64,000 nt of DNA from an uncultured Dehalococcoidales bacterium (GTDB lineage: Bacteria; Chloroflexota; Dehalococcoidia; Dehalococcoidales; BS750m-G39), in assembly GCA_964396965.1 (NCBI GenBank), contig CAYNGD010000006.1, forward strand, positions 8,771-72,770, given 5' to 3'. Position numbers and translations under genes: made by a program. Positions 25,834 to 36,431 of the stretch are shown here, in pieces. Positions within the stretch are counted from its first letter, which is position 1. Each line of letters opens with the position of its first letter. The notes under the pieces are model-generated. The model saw nothing but the letters and a program-made list of their open reading frames with translations. It was not told where the DNA came from and did not search any database.

Positions 25834-27123
25834 ATGGCCAGGACCGAGCTGGACAAATACCAGCAGATAAAGAGGTTTGAGGACGACCTGGGCCAGTGCA
25901 TGAAGTGCGGCTTCTGCACCTTCTGGTGCCCGGTCTACCGGGAGGAGCGGGTAGAACCTTCGGTGGCACGGGGCAAGGACATGATGATAAGAGGGCTGCT
26001 GGCCGGTGAGCTGGATTATACTAAGGAGTATGCCGACCGCCTGAACCAGTGCACCCTCTGCATGGCCTGCACCGCCAACTGTCCGGCCAAGGCCAACATT
26101 CCCAACGTCATCGTCGCCGCCAGGGCGGACACGACCAAAGCTCGTGGCTTGAAGTTTCCCTATAATATCGTCTACCGCTGGCTGCTGCCCCGCCGGACGC
26201 TTTTCGGTGGCGTGGTCCGCTTCGCCTCCTGGCTCCAGGGTATCTTTATGCCCAGGACCGAGGGCACCATCCGGCATCTATCCCTGTTCCTCTCGGCGCT
26301 AGGCCGGGGCCGGAACATACCCCAGATTGCCCCCCACTTCCTGAGGCAAACGGTGCCGGTGGTGAATAAGCCGCCGGAAGGCGTTAAGACGGTGATGACG
26401 GTGGGCTATTTCACCGGCTGTATGACCGACTTCGTTCTGCCTGAGCTGGGAAGGCATATTATCGACTTCCTGACCCGGAACGGGGTCGAGGTCATCGTGC
26501 CCCGCGAGCAGGGCTGCTGCGGATCGCCGGTTTTCCTGGGGGCGGGTGACTTCGACACCGGCCGGAAGATGGCCGATAGCAACGTTAAGGCCTTTGAGGA
26601 GGTGGACTACGTGGTCACCGACTGTGCCACCTGTGTCTCGACGCTTAAGGACTACCCCAAATTTCTGGCCGATAGCCCGGAGCGGGAGGAGGCCTACAAG
26701 AAGTTCGCTGGCAAAATACTGGATATCTCCCAGTTCCTGGTTGACGTGCTGAAATTACCGGCGTCGGCCTATCAACCCTCGGCGGAAGCCAAAGGCAAGA
26801 AGGTCACCTGGCACGACCCCTGCCACCTCAGCCGTTATCTGGGGGTAACCAGCCAGCCCCGGCAGATTATAAGGTCGATACCCGGTGTGGAGTACATCGA
26901 GATGCCTAACGCTGACCGGTGCTGCGGCATGGCCGGGACCTTCAGCTTTTACTACTACGACCTGTCCAAGCAGATTGCCGATAAGAAGGTGGCGGCAATC
27001 AAGTCCACCGGGGCCGATATCGTCGTCACCGGCTGCCCCGGCTGTGAGATTCAGCTTATTGACAGCCTGCTGCGGAACAAGGTCCCGGTAGAGGTGATGC
27101 ACATTATGGAGCTGCTGGCCTGA
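25834..27123 (+). CDS. Fe-S oxidoreductase, GlcF/HdrD-like (2x[4Fe-4S] plus two CCG domains)
   Basis: 429 aa with CMKCGFCTFWCP, CTLCMACTANCP, CCGSP and CCGMAG. Confidence 0.88.
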   Translation: MARTELDKYQQIKRFEDDLGQCMKCGFCTFWCPVYREERVEPSVARGKDMMIRGLLAGELDYTKEYADRLNQCTLCMACTANCPAKANIPNVIVAARADTTKARGLKFPYNIVYRWLLPRRTLFGGVVRFASWLQGIFMPRTEGTIRHLSLFLSALGRGRNIPQIAPHFLRQTVPVVNKPPEGVKTVMTVGYFTGCMTDFVLPELGRHIIDFLTRNGVEVIVPREQGCCGSPVFLGAGDFDTGRKMADSNVKAFEEVDYVVTDCATCVSTLKDYPKFLADSPEREEAYKKFAGKILDISQFLVDVLKLPASAYQPSAEAKGKKVTWHDPCHLSRYLGVTSQPRQIIRSIPGVEYIEMPNADRCCGMAGTFSFYYYDLSKQIADKKVAAIKSTGADIVVTGCPGCEIQLIDSLLRNKVPVEVMHIMELLA

Positions 27124-27144
27124 CGGGCTATCGCAGGCTCTGAC

Positions 27145-27178
27145 AGAGGCTGGTTTTTAAAGCCAGCCTCTTTTGTTT
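27145..27178 (+). terminator. Intrinsic terminator after the glcF-like gene
   Basis: AGAGGCTGG-loop-CCAGCCTCT followed by TTTTGTTT. Confidence 0.7.
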
Positions 27179-27242
27179 AAGTATTCTCTAAACTTGTTGC
27201 GTCTGGGGGCAAATGGTAAAATTTAAGAGGGAAGAGAGAAGA

Positions 27243-30119
27243 ATGCCGTTAGACAGCATCGTCGTTAAAGGGGCGAGGGAACACAACCTCAAGAACGTAG
27301 ACGTGGTGATACCCCGCGACAAGCTGGTGGTCATCACCGGCGTCTCCGGCTCGGGGAAGAGCTCGCTGGCCTTCGATACTATCTATGCCGAGGGGCAGCG
27401 CCGCTACGTTGAATCTCTATCGGCCTATGCCCGCCAGTTTCTGGGCCGGATGGAGAAGCCCGAGGTTGACTATATCGAGGGCCTGAGCCCGGCCATATCT
27501 ATAGACCAGAAGGGCCCCAGCAAAAACCCTCGCTCCACGGTGGGCACCGTCACCGAGACCTATGACTACCTGAGGCTGCTTTTCGCCCGCGTCGGCCACC
27601 CCCACTGCCCCCGGTGTGGCCGGGAGATAACCGCCCAGACGGTGCAGCAGATTGTTGACGCCATCCAGAATATAGCCGCGGGCAGCCGCATCATGATTCT
27701 GGCGCCGCTGGTCAGGGACCGCAAGGGCGAGTACCAGACCGTCTTTGACGACCTGCGCAAGGCGGGCTACGTAAGGGTGCGGGTTGACGGCGAGCTCCAC
27801 GACCTCTCCGAGGAGTTCCAGCTGGACAAGTACAAGAAGCACTCCATCGAGGCGGTGGTGGATAGGTTGATAACAGGGCAGCCGGAGGACAAGAGCCGCA
27901 TCGCCGACTCGGTAGAGACCGCCCTCAAGCTGGGGGCGGGGGTGGTGCTGGTGGCCGTCGAGGGCGGCGAGGAGCTGCTTTTCTCGGAGCACTTCGCCTG
28001 CGTCCACTGTGGCATCAGCCTGGGGGAGATCGCCCCCCGGACTTTCAGCTTTAACAGCCCTCACGGCGCCTGCCGGGAGTGCACCGGGCTGGGGGTCAAG
28101 CTGGAGATAGACCCCGAGCTGGTGCTGAACAAGGAACTTTCTATTATGGAGGGGGCCATCCGCCCCTGGCAGTTCCATAGCTGGTACTTCTACCGGCTGG
28201 AGCCGATGGCCCGGGCCCACGGCATCTCGCTGAACAAGCCTGTCAAGGACTTGACCCTGGAGCAGCTCAAGCTGCTGCTGTACGGGGAGGGGGGTGAGGC
28301 GAAGTACTACCGCAACCGCTTTGGTCGGCTCCGGCGCTACGATGACAGCTTCGAGGGCATCATCCCGACCATGCAGCGGCACTACCGGGAGACGGAGTCG
28401 GAGAACTCCAGGGCTAACATCGAGCGCTACATGGTGGCCCGGCCCTGCCCCGCCTGCGGCGGCAAGCGCCTCAAGCCGGAGTCTTTGGCGGTGACCATCG
28501 GCACCAAGAATATTGTTGAGGTCAGCGCCATGTCGGTCAGCCAGGCGATGGAGTGGGTGACCGCTATCAGCGGCGATGGTAAAAGGGCAATGCTCAACAA
28601 GCGGGAGAGGCTCATCGCCCACCAGATTATCAAGGAGATTCAGTCCCGCCTGGGATTTTTGAGGGATGTCGGCCTGGACTACCTCACCCTCGACCGCGCC
28701 TCGGCGACGCTGGCCGGCGGCGAGGCCCAGCGCATCCGGCTAGCCACCCAGATTGGCAGCGGGCTGATGGGGGTGCTCTATATCTGCGACGAGCCGACCA
28801 TCGGACTTCACCCCGCCGACGACTTCCGCCTGATTGAGACACTGAAACGCCTGAGAGACCTAGGCAACACCATACTGGTGGTGGAGCACGACGAGGCGAT
28901 GATGCGGGCGGCCGACCACATCATCGATATGGGGCCGGGGGCGGGGGAGCACGGCGGCTGGATTGTGGCCACCGGCACCATAGAAGATATCATGGCCTGC
29001 CCCGATTCCAAGACCGGGCAGTACCTGAGCGGTACCAAGAAGATACCCCTCCCCTCCCGGCGACGCCCCGGTAACGGCGAGGAGCTGGTCATCAAAGGGG
29101 CCAGGGAGAACAACCTTAAAAATATCGATGTCCATATCCCCCTGGGCAAATTTGTCGGTGTCACCGGCGTTTCCGGCTCGGGCAAGAGCACACTGATTGA
29201 CGATATTTTACATAAAAGGCTGGCCCAGCTCTTCTACCGTTCGCGGGAGCGGGCGGGCGACTGTGATGCTATCACCGGCACCGAGCACATTGACAAGGTG
29301 GTCAACATCGACCAGTCCCCCATCGGGCGCACTCCCCGCAGCAATCCGGCCACCTATACCGGCACCTTCACCCCCATCCGCGAACTCTTCGCCACCGTCC
29401 CCGAGGCCAGGATGAGGGGCTATAAGCCGGGGCGGTTCTCCTTTAACGTCAAGGGCGGGCGCTGCGAGGCCTGCCGCGGGGAGGGATTCATACAGATTGA
29501 GATGCAGTTCCTGCCCGACGTCACCGTCCCCTGCGAGGTCTGCCAGGGGAAGCGCTATAACCGCGAGGCGCTGGAAATCAGGTTTAAGGGCAAGAACATC
29601 GCCGAGGTGCTGGACATGACCGTGGAGCAGGCGCTGGCCTTCTTCGACCACTTCCCCAGGGTCAAGAACAAGCTGGAGACGCTGAGGGATGTGGGGCTGG
29701 GCTATATCCGCCTCGGCCAGCCGGCGCCGACCCTCTCCGGCGGCGAGGCGCAGCGGGTGAAGCTGGCCACCGAGCTATCCAAGCGCTCCACGGGCCGGAC
29801 GCTCTATATCCTCGACGAGCCGACCACCGGCCTCGCCTTCGATGACGTGGCCGCCCTGCTGCGGGTGCTGCAGCGCCTGGTTGACGCTGGTAACACGGTG
29901 GTGGTCATCGAGCACCACCTGGACGTCATCAAGAACGCCGACCATATCATTGACCTGGGGCCGGGGGCGGGCGACCGGGGGGGCTATATCGTCGCCACCG
30001 GAACGCCTGAGGAGATTGCCAGGGTTAAGTCTTCGGCCACCGGCCAGTATTTAGGCCGGGTGCTGCCTAAGGATGTGGAGTATGCTTTGACCGGCAAACC
30101 CCCGGCAGCGATAGATTAG
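27243..30119 (+). CDS. uvrA: Excinuclease ABC subunit A
   Basis: From ATG 27243 the protein reads [18 protein letters not shown], with two ABC modules and zinc-finger Cys clusters. The track start 27213 lies inside a likely extended -10 (TGGTAAAAT, 27214..27222), so 27243 is preferred. Confidence 0.95.
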   Translation: MPLDSIVVKGAREHNLKNVDVVIPRDKLVVITGVSGSGKSSLAFDTIYAEGQRRYVESLSAYARQFLGRMEKPEVDYIEGLSPAISIDQKGPSKNPRSTVGTVTETYDYLRLLFARVGHPHCPRCGREITAQTVQQIVDAIQNIAAGSRIMILAPLVRDRKGEYQTVFDDLRKAGYVRVRVDGELHDLSEEFQLDKYKKHSIEAVVDRLITGQPEDKSRIADSVETALKLGAGVVLVAVEGGEELLFSEHFACVHCGISLGEIAPRTFSFNSPHGACRECTGLGVKLEIDPELVLNKELSIMEGAIRPWQFHSWYFYRLEPMARAHGISLNKPVKDLTLEQLKLLLYGEGGEAKYYRNRFGRLRRYDDSFEGIIPTMQRHYRETESENSRANIERYMVARPCPACGGKRLKPESLAVTIGTKNIVEVSAMSVSQAMEWVTAISGDGKRAMLNKRERLIAHQIIKEIQSRLGFLRDVGLDYLTLDRASATLAGGEAQRIRLATQIGSGLMGVLYICDEPTIGLHPADDFRLIETLKRLRDLGNTILVVEHDEAMMRAADHIIDMGPGAGEHGGWIVATGTIEDIMACPDSKTGQYLSGTKKIPLPSRRRPGNGEELVIKGARENNLKNIDVHIPLGKFVGVTGVSGSGKSTLIDDILHKRLAQLFYRSRERAGDCDAITGTEHIDKVVNIDQSPIGRTPRSNPATYTGTFTPIRELFATVPEARMRGYKPGRFSFNVKGGRCEACRGEGFIQIEMQFLPDVTVPCEVCQGKRYNREALEIRFKGKNIAEVLDMTVEQALAFFDHFPRVKNKLETLRDVGLGYIRLGQPAPTLSGGEAQRVKLATELSKRSTGRTLYILDEPTTGLAFDDVAALLRVLQRLVDAGNTVVVIEHHLDVIKNADHIIDLGPGAGDRGGYIVATGTPEEIARVKSSATGQYLGRVLPKDVEYALTGKPPAAID

Positions 30120-32686
30120 TTCACCTCAATCGTTGAGCCTTCGGCGGTCTTGATAATATCAATCCGTGTCGGGAAGGAGTCCCTCATCTCCTCCATGTGG
30201 GTGATGACCAGTATCTTCTCGAAGTCGTCCTGAATCGAGTTTATCGCCTCTTTGACCTTTTCGATGCCGGCTACGTCCTGGGTGCCGAAGCCTTCATCTA
30301 TAATCAGGGTGGGGAGGGGTGCCCCCGCCCTCCGGGCTAAAAGCTTGGAGAGGGCGATGCGGACGGCAAAGTTAATGCGGAAGGCCTCGCCGCCGCTGAA
30401 CATCTCGTAGTTTCTTGTTCCCAGCTCATCGGCGATTTTTATATCCAGCGTCTCCTGAACTTCTCCCTTCTTGGTCTCCCGCTGGGTCTCAATCTTGACG
30501 TGCATCCGGTTATCGGTCATCTTGCCCAGCAGGCGGTTGGCTTCGTTCTCAATCTCGGGCAGCGCCATCTCGATGAGCAGCGCCTGTATCCCCTTCTTGC
30601 CGAAGGCCTGGGCCAGCTCCCGGTAGATTTTTTCCTCTTTGGCTGCCTGAGCTATCAGCCTGACCGTCTCCTTCTGCCTGGCCTCAAGCTCGGCGCAGCG
30701 ATCCAACCTGGCCCTGGCCTGCCAAGCCAGCTCCTGGGCCTGCTTCTGCTGGTTGTCCAGCGCTTGGTGTTCGGCCTCCGCCCGGGCTAATTCATCGGCC
30801 AGTTGAGGGAGGGCTTCCAGTTCTTGGTTTAGTTCTAGACTTTTCTGCTGGTCAGTCTCGAGCCTCTGCTTTAGCTCACGGCTGGCCTCCTCGGCCTTCT
30901 GGGCCGCATCCTTCTCCTGGCTTAAGAGCCTATCGGCCTCTTCCAGCTCCCGCTTGGGGCTTTCGTACTGCTCCAGCTCGCCGAGGCGCTGGCGCACCCG
31001 CTCGTGTTGCCCTGAATCGTAATCAAGCTTGGCTGTCTCTTCTTCGACTCTGGCTAACGCCTCCTGCTCACCGGCGGCGAAGTCCTTATTGGCCAGGCGC
31101 TGTTCAATCTCATTGAGGCTCTCTCTGGCCTGGGCTAGCTGGCTTTCTACCGCCTGGGCCTGGCTGATGCCCTGCTTTAATAGGCTTATCTGGCCCTGCA
31201 ATGAGGCCCTTTCCTGGTTCAGCCTGTCTTCCAGGGGGGCTATCTCGCCCTCCAGCGCCTCAAGCTCTGTCCTCTTACCGGCCAGTTCACTCTGGCCTTC
31301 CTCCAGGGATTTGGCTTTAGCCTTTTTGTCAGCGGTGTATTGGGTTTTAATTCGCTCCAGGCCTGCGCTGGTCAGCTCGGTCTTGCACAGGGGACAGCTG
31401 GCCCCCTCCTGGTGGGCCAGCATTTCGAGCTTTTCCTCTGTCTCATTTATCTCTTTCTCCAGGCGGTCCTGGCCGGACTCCAGGTAGTTCAGCTGCTTCC
31501 TTAGCTCCTGGGCCGCCTGCCTCTTCCGGCCTATCTCCGCTTCCTGTCCGGCCAGCCTGTCCAGCCTGGCTTCCGCCTGCTGTAAATTGGCCTTGAGCTG
31601 GGGCAGCCTGGCCGCCTCAGCCTCCAGCTGGCCGATTTGGCTCTGGGCCAGCTTGTGCTCGGTGATTAGTTCCGCCTGCGCCCGCTCGATGGCCATCTCC
31701 AGCTGGGCCTTGTGTTTATCCAGGACGACCGATTGCCTGAACTTTTGCTCGAATTCGCCATAGAGTGCCCGGGCTTCGGCCAGTTGAGCGTAGCCCTCTT
31801 CTATAGATTGGCGCCGGGCGATAAGCTCCTCGTATCCTTCAATGCGCGCCCGGTGCTCTTTAAGCTCCTGGTCGCGGCGCTCATGTTCCCTTTTAGTGGT
31901 ATTTATGTGCTCCTCAAGCTGGGCCAGCTGTGATTTTTTGTTCTCCAGCGTTTCTTTTTGCTGCCTTAGCCTGTCGAGCCTGGTCTGGTGTTCTTTGAGC
32001 GCCGCTGCGGCCTCGGCCAGCCCCTTCTCCGCCTCGGCCACCTCGGCCTCATAGACGGGCTTTTTGGCCAGCTCACTGGTAATCTCCTCGATAGAGCGGT
32101 CAAGCCGCTCCTTTTCCATCTCATGCTGTCTGGCGCGTTCTTTAGCTGCCTCCTCGAGCCGGTCATAGACGGCCAGCCCCAGGATATTGCCCAGCACCTC
32201 CTTGCGCTTGTTGGGGGGCTGGTTGGTGAACTCGTCGGCGTGGCCCTGCCTGAGGAAGGCGCTGTTGATGAAGGTGGTGTAGTCCATGTGCAGGGTATCG
32301 ATAATCCTCTGCTGGGTCTGGGTTACGCTGTCGGCGCTGATTGACCTAAAGCCACCGTCGGCGGCTATCTGGAACTCCAGCAGGGTCTTTCCCGAAGCCG
32401 CCCGCCTTCTGGGCTTGGAGTGCTTGCGGATGATGCGGTAGGCCTGCCCGCCCACGGCGAAGTCGAATTCGACCTCCGTCTCGCTCTGTCCCTGGTGGAT
32501 GAGGTCGTCGTCGCTCTTGGCCCTGGTCTTGCCCCAGAGCGCCCAGGTCATGGCGTCAATCAGGGCCGACTTGCCGTTGCCATTATCGCCGGCGATGCAG
32601 GCGGTGTGGATGCCGTTGAAATAGAGGGGGGGCACCCTGTCCCGGTAGGGCATGAAGTTGCGCACCGACAGCCTGATGGGAATCAT
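30116..32686 (-). CDS. sbcC: SbcC/Rad50-family SMC-like ATPase
   Basis: 856 aa with N-terminal Walker [21 protein letters not shown], a long coiled coil, a central CPLC zinc hook, and C-terminal FSGGE signature plus LIIDEGFG Walker B. Confidence 0.85.
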   Translation of the reverse strand: MIPIRLSVRNFMPYRDRVPPLYFNGIHTACIAGDNGNGKSALIDAMTWALWGKTRAKSDDDLIHQGQSETEVEFDFAVGGQAYRIIRKHSKPRRRAASGKTLLEFQIAADGGFRSISADSVTQTQQRIIDTLHMDYTTFINSAFLRQGHADEFTNQPPNKRKEVLGNILGLAVYDRLEEAAKERARQHEMEKERLDRSIEEITSELAKKPVYEAEVAEAEKGLAEAAAALKEHQTRLDRLRQQKETLENKKSQLAQLEEHINTTKREHERRDQELKEHRARIEGYEELIARRQSIEEGYAQLAEARALYGEFEQKFRQSVVLDKHKAQLEMAIERAQAELITEHKLAQSQIGQLEAEAARLPQLKANLQQAEARLDRLAGQEAEIGRKRQAAQELRKQLNYLESGQDRLEKEINETEEKLEMLAHQEGASCPLCKTELTSAGLERIKTQYTADKKAKAKSLEEGQSELAGKRTELEALEGEIAPLEDRLNQERASLQGQISLLKQGISQAQAVESQLAQARESLNEIEQRLANKDFAAGEQEALARVEEETAKLDYDSGQHERVRQRLGELEQYESPKRELEEADRLLSQEKDAAQKAEEASRELKQRLETDQQKSLELNQELEALPQLADELARAEAEHQALDNQQKQAQELAWQARARLDRCAELEARQKETVRLIAQAAKEEKIYRELAQAFGKKGIQALLIEMALPEIENEANRLLGKMTDNRMHVKIETQRETKKGEVQETLDIKIADELGTRNYEMFSGGEAFRINFAVRIALSKLLARRAGAPLPTLIIDEGFGTQDVAGIEKVKEAINSIQDDFEKILVITHMEEMRDSFPTRIDIIKTAEGSTIEVN

Positions 32687-32707
32687 TTGTGGTTATTTTA
32701 GCACAAA

Positions 32708-34030
32708 TTAAGGGTGACGGGGCTTATGGCGCCGCAGCGATTTGATTGACCTTCCCGTGATGCGGCGGTAGATAACCTCAATAAGAAAGGCCGAACCGAC
32801 CATTACCACCAGTACCAGCAGTTCCCTGGGGGCGGTGGTGGCCCTCTGGGCAATCAGTATCGCCAGGGCGCTGAGGCAGACAATAGCGCCGATAACCGAT
32901 AGCCACCTCCGGGAACCGGTGGTGGCCGCCAGGCGGGCATTGGCGATGTTGACCGCAGCAAAGATGAGCAGAAAACCGGAGCTGCCCATGGTGGAGATGC
33001 GGGACAGGTCAAAGAGGTTGGCCACCGTCAGTGTCAGGGCTGAGGTTATCAGCAGTCCCTCGATGGGGCGCCTCCAGACCTCCCTGTCCAGGCCCTCGGG
33101 CAGCTCTCCCTCTTTGGCGATGACGTAGCTGACGCGGGCCGTCCCGTAGAGGGTGGCGTTGATGGCGGAGCCGGTTGATAGCAGGGCGGCGGCGGCAATC
33201 ATGGTGAAGCCAATAGCCCCCAGGAAGGGCCTGGCGGCTTCGGCCAGGGCGTAGTCTTCCGCTGATACTATGCTGGCTACGCTTAAGTTCCCGATGGTTA
33301 CCAGGGAGATAAGAACGTAAAGGGCAATAACGAAGCCAACCGCGGAGAAGTAGGCAAGGGGTAGCGTCCGGCGCGGGTTCCTCACGTTTTCGGCGGTGTT
33401 GGCGATAAGCTCAAATCCCTCGTAGGCCAGGAAAATAATCATCCCTCCCGCCACCAGCTGTACCGGAGCGCTCCAGGCCGCCGGCGCCAGCTGGGACACC
33501 TTAACGCTCCCCAGCCCCACCCCCAGAAAGACACAGAGTATGGCAATCTTTACCGCCACGATGTAGTTCTCCGATTTGCCGACCGTTTTAGCCCCCAGGA
33601 TATTCAGGCAGGTGAAAAGGATAACGGCGGCACTGGCGAGGATATGCTTCCAGATTAGCTGGACGCTTTCCGGGAAAAAGGTAGCCCCGTAGCTGCCAAA
33701 GGCATAGGCGTATAAGGAAAGCATAACGATGTAGCTCAGCCAGAGGAGAACGTTGAGGCCGCCGGTGAGCACTCCGGGGCCGAAGGCCTGGTTGAGGAAT
33801 TCAACGGTGCCTCCCTGGCTAGGGTAGGCGATAGATAGTTTGGCGTAGGAGTAGGCTGTTAGCAGGGCTACTATGCCGGCCAGGGCAAAGGCTATCGGCG
33901 TTCCGCCGTGGGCCAGCTGGACGGCCAGACCGAGGACGGCGAAGATGCCTCCTCCAACCATGCCGCCGATGCCGATGGCAACCGCCGACCAGTAGCCGAT
34001 TGCCCCTCTTCCGATAGGAGATACGCTCAC
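32708..34030 (-). CDS. APC-family amino acid permease
   Basis: 440 aa with about 12 TM segments. APC-like N-terminal GGGIFAV-type motif. Confidence 0.85.
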   Translation of the reverse strand: MSVSPIGRGAIGYWSAVAIGIGGMVGGGIFAVLGLAVQLAHGGTPIAFALAGIVALLTAYSYAKLSIAYPSQGGTVEFLNQAFGPGVLTGGLNVLLWLSYIVMLSLYAYAFGSYGATFFPESVQLIWKHILASAAVILFTCLNILGAKTVGKSENYIVAVKIAILCVFLGVGLGSVKVSQLAPAAWSAPVQLVAGGMIIFLAYEGFELIANTAENVRNPRRTLPLAYFSAVGFVIALYVLISLVTIGNLSVASIVSAEDYALAEAARPFLGAIGFTMIAAAALLSTGSAINATLYGTARVSYVIAKEGELPEGLDREVWRRPIEGLLITSALTLTVANLFDLSRISTMGSSGFLLIFAAVNIANARLAATTGSRRWLSVIGAIVCLSALAILIAQRATTAPRELLVLVVMVGSAFLIEVIYRRITGRSIKSLRRHKPRHP

Positions 34031-34131
34031 AGGCAGTGGTTCCCTTCAACTAACGTCGCTGGTAACTAACAGGAATAATAGCACACTGCCAGTTGTCTTT
34101 GACAGGGGGTTGGGCCCAGCCCGGCTTTAGA

Positions 34132-34572
34132 CTATTTTTTGGGTTTATCCTTTCTGATATACTGGCCGCCGGTGACCACGGTAAAGTGAAAGATGGGACG
34201 GTCAACACGCCTCAGTATCAGGGGGCAGTGTTTCATCCCGGCGGGGATAAAAATAAGGCAGCTCCTGGTGATGATATGTTTTTCGTCCTCCAGCCATATC
34301 TCTACCTCTCCGCCCAGGTCATAGGGGTCGTCGGCGTTATTGCCGTAAAAGCCGATAATCTCGTCGGAGTTATGCACATGGGGCTCGTTTTCAGTGGTGG
34401 TCGAGGCTTTCACAAACCAGGCGGTGTTCATGTGAAAGGCCCCCTCGACCACGTTTTCGTCCATCCACAGGATTCGTTTGGCATAGGTGGCGTAGAACTC
34501 GGCGATTTTCTTCTTGCCTTCGGGGATTTTAAGCTCGGTCACGATATATTTGCCGTACTTTGATTCTGCCAT
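34132..34572 (-). CDS. Cupin-fold protein, unknown function
   Basis: 146 aa with PHVHNSDEIIGFYG...GEVEIWL...IPAGMKH, resembling the two cupin motifs. AAGGAGG RBS, and TGTTATAAT extended -10 upstream. Confidence 0.5.
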   Translation of the reverse strand: MAESKYGKYIVTELKIPEGKKKIAEFYATYAKRILWMDENVVEGAFHMNTAWFVKASTTTENEPHVHNSDEIIGFYGNNADDPYDLGGEVEIWLEDEKHIITRSCLIFIPAGMKHCPLILRRVDRPIFHFTVVTGGQYIRKDKPKK

Positions 34573-34690
34573 CAGGTGTGACCTCCTTCAAGGCTTTTTT
34601 ACTCTTGATGTCCGACATTATAACACCTTTTCGGGCTGAAGCTTAAATCGGCTTGACCTTGAGACTCCACCCCCTTAGAATGAGGTTATC

Positions 34691-36019
34691 ATGTTTGAAG
34701 TACTGACCGATAAGCTAAGCGCCGTCTTCCGCAAACTCAGCAGCCGGGGGCGCTTAAGCGAGAAGGATATAGACGAGGCCCTGCGCCAGGTGCGCCTGGC
34801 CTTATTAGAGGCCGATGTCAATTTTAAGGTGGTCAAGGAGTTCACCGCCCGGGTGAGGGAGCGCTCGCTGGGGGCACAGGTGCTGGAGAGCCTCACCCCC
34901 GCCCAGCAGATGGTCAAGGTCGTCAACGAGGAACTGGTGAGGATACTGGGGGAGGGGGAGAGCCGCCTGGAGGCATCGGCCCATCCGCCTTCGGTGATAA
35001 TGCTGGCCGGCCTGCAGGGCTCGGGCAAGACCACCACCGCCGCCAAGCTGGCCCTGAACCTGAAGCACTCTGGGCAGAAGCCGCTTCTGGTCGCCGCCGA
35101 CAACCGCCGTCCCGCCGCCATCGAACAGTTGGTGACGCTGGGCGGGCAGCTCGATATTCCCGTCTATCACGAGACGGTGAAGTCAAAGAGTGTAGACGTC
35201 TGCGCCCACGCCCTGAAGAAGGCCAGGGAGCTTGGGGCCAGCTGGGCCATTGTTGACACCGCCGGGCGGATGCACATAGATGAAGAGCTGATGGCGGAGC
35301 TGGCCGGGGTCAAGAAAGGGCTTAACCCCACCGAGGTGCTGCTGGTGGTGGACGCCATGACCGGCCAGGACGCGGTCAGGATGGCCGAGGAGTTTAATTC
35401 CCGGCTGGGCCTGACCGGGCTTATCCTGACCAAGATGGACGGGGACGCCCGGGGCGGGGCCGCCCTTTCCATCAGGTGGGTGAGCGGGGTGCCGATCAAG
35501 TTTATCGGCATCGGCGAGAAGGTGGGCGACTTCGAGCCTTTCTACCCCGACCGTCTGGCCTCGCGCATCCTGGGCATGGGCGATGTGCTGACCTTTATCG
35601 AGAAGGCGGAGAAGACCTTCGACCAGAAGCGGATGAAAGAGCTGGAGAAGAAGGTCAAGACCGCCAGCTTTACCCTGGAGGACTTTCTCGGCCAGCTCGG
35701 CGAGATACAGAAGATGGGACCGGTAGCCCAGCTGGTGGAGATGCTGCCGGGGGCTTCGCAGCTGGCCAGGAGGATGCCCGCCGGCATGGAGGAGAAGCAG
35801 CTTAAGAAGGTGGAGGCGATGATACGCTCGATGACGCCGGAGGAGAGGCGGACCCCCAACATCATTGACGGCAGCCGGAGGCGGCGCATCGCCAAGGGGA
35901 GCGGGGTGATGACCCAGGATGTCAACCAGCTGTTGAACCAGTTTCGCCAGATGCAGAAGCTGATGAAGCTGGGGGTAAAGGGCAAGCTGCCCGGCAATCT
36001 AAAGGGGATTTTTGGGTAG
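34691..36019 (+). CDS. ffh: Signal recognition particle protein Ffh
   Basis: 442 aa with an NG domain (GLQGSGKTTT, DTAGR, TKMDGDARGG) and a Met-rich M domain. Confidence 0.95.
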   Translation: MFEVLTDKLSAVFRKLSSRGRLSEKDIDEALRQVRLALLEADVNFKVVKEFTARVRERSLGAQVLESLTPAQQMVKVVNEELVRILGEGESRLEASAHPPSVIMLAGLQGSGKTTTAAKLALNLKHSGQKPLLVAADNRRPAAIEQLVTLGGQLDIPVYHETVKSKSVDVCAHALKKARELGASWAIVDTAGRMHIDEELMAELAGVKKGLNPTEVLLVVDAMTGQDAVRMAEEFNSRLGLTGLILTKMDGDARGGAALSIRWVSGVPIKFIGIGEKVGDFEPFYPDRLASRILGMGDVLTFIEKAEKTFDQKRMKELEKKVKTASFTLEDFLGQLGEIQKMGPVAQLVEMLPGASQLARRMPAGMEEKQLKKVEAMIRSMTPEERRTPNIIDGSRRRRIAKGSGVMTQDVNQLLNQFRQMQKLMKLGVKGKLPGNLKGIFG

Positions 36020-36067
36020 TCCACAGTCGCCTTACCCGTTAATGGCTTGATACGAGGAGGATTGACC

Positions 36068-36406
36068 ATGGCAACCAAAGTGTTTGTACTGCTGAGCACC
36101 GGAGACCGGGAAGTGGCTTTGGAGGTTGGGCTGGTATACCCGCTCAATGCGGCCAGGCAGAAGTGGATGGATGAGGTCAAACTCATTATTTTTGGCCCCT
36201 CGGAGAAGCTCGCCGCCTATGATATGGAGGTTCAGGCGATGCTTAAAGATTTGCAGGGGGCTGGTGTTGAAGTTATCGCCTGCAAATGGTGCGCCGATAG
36301 AATGAAGATAACCGATTTGATTGAGAAAGCCGGAATAGAGGTTGTCTACGTCGGCCCGATAATCTCTCAGCTGTTAAAGAATGGTTGGGCCTCCTTGACA
36401 TTCTGA
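36068..36406 (+). CDS. DsrE/DsrF-like family protein
   Basis: 112 aa from ATG 36068 (GAGGAGGA RBS 7 nt upstream). Sequence KVFVLLSTGD...IACKWCADRM resembles the DsrE fold with a conserved Cys. Confidence 0.6.
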   Translation: MATKVFVLLSTGDREVALEVGLVYPLNAARQKWMDEVKLIIFGPSEKLAAYDMEVQAMLKDLQGAGVEVIACKWCADRMKITDLIEKAGIEVVYVGPIISQLLKNGWASLTF

Positions 36407-36431
36407 GGTAATGCTTAATGTGTGGTGAAGG

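Noticed and set aside
30116-32686. SMC-like ATPase as the core of a defence system (Lamassu/Wadjet-like), because no sbcD is adjacent.
   Set aside because: The sequence has the classic SbcC/Rad50 head motifs and CPLC zinc hook. No partner defence genes (nuclease effector, kleisin-like or JetABD-like) flank it, and its neighbours are housekeeping genes.
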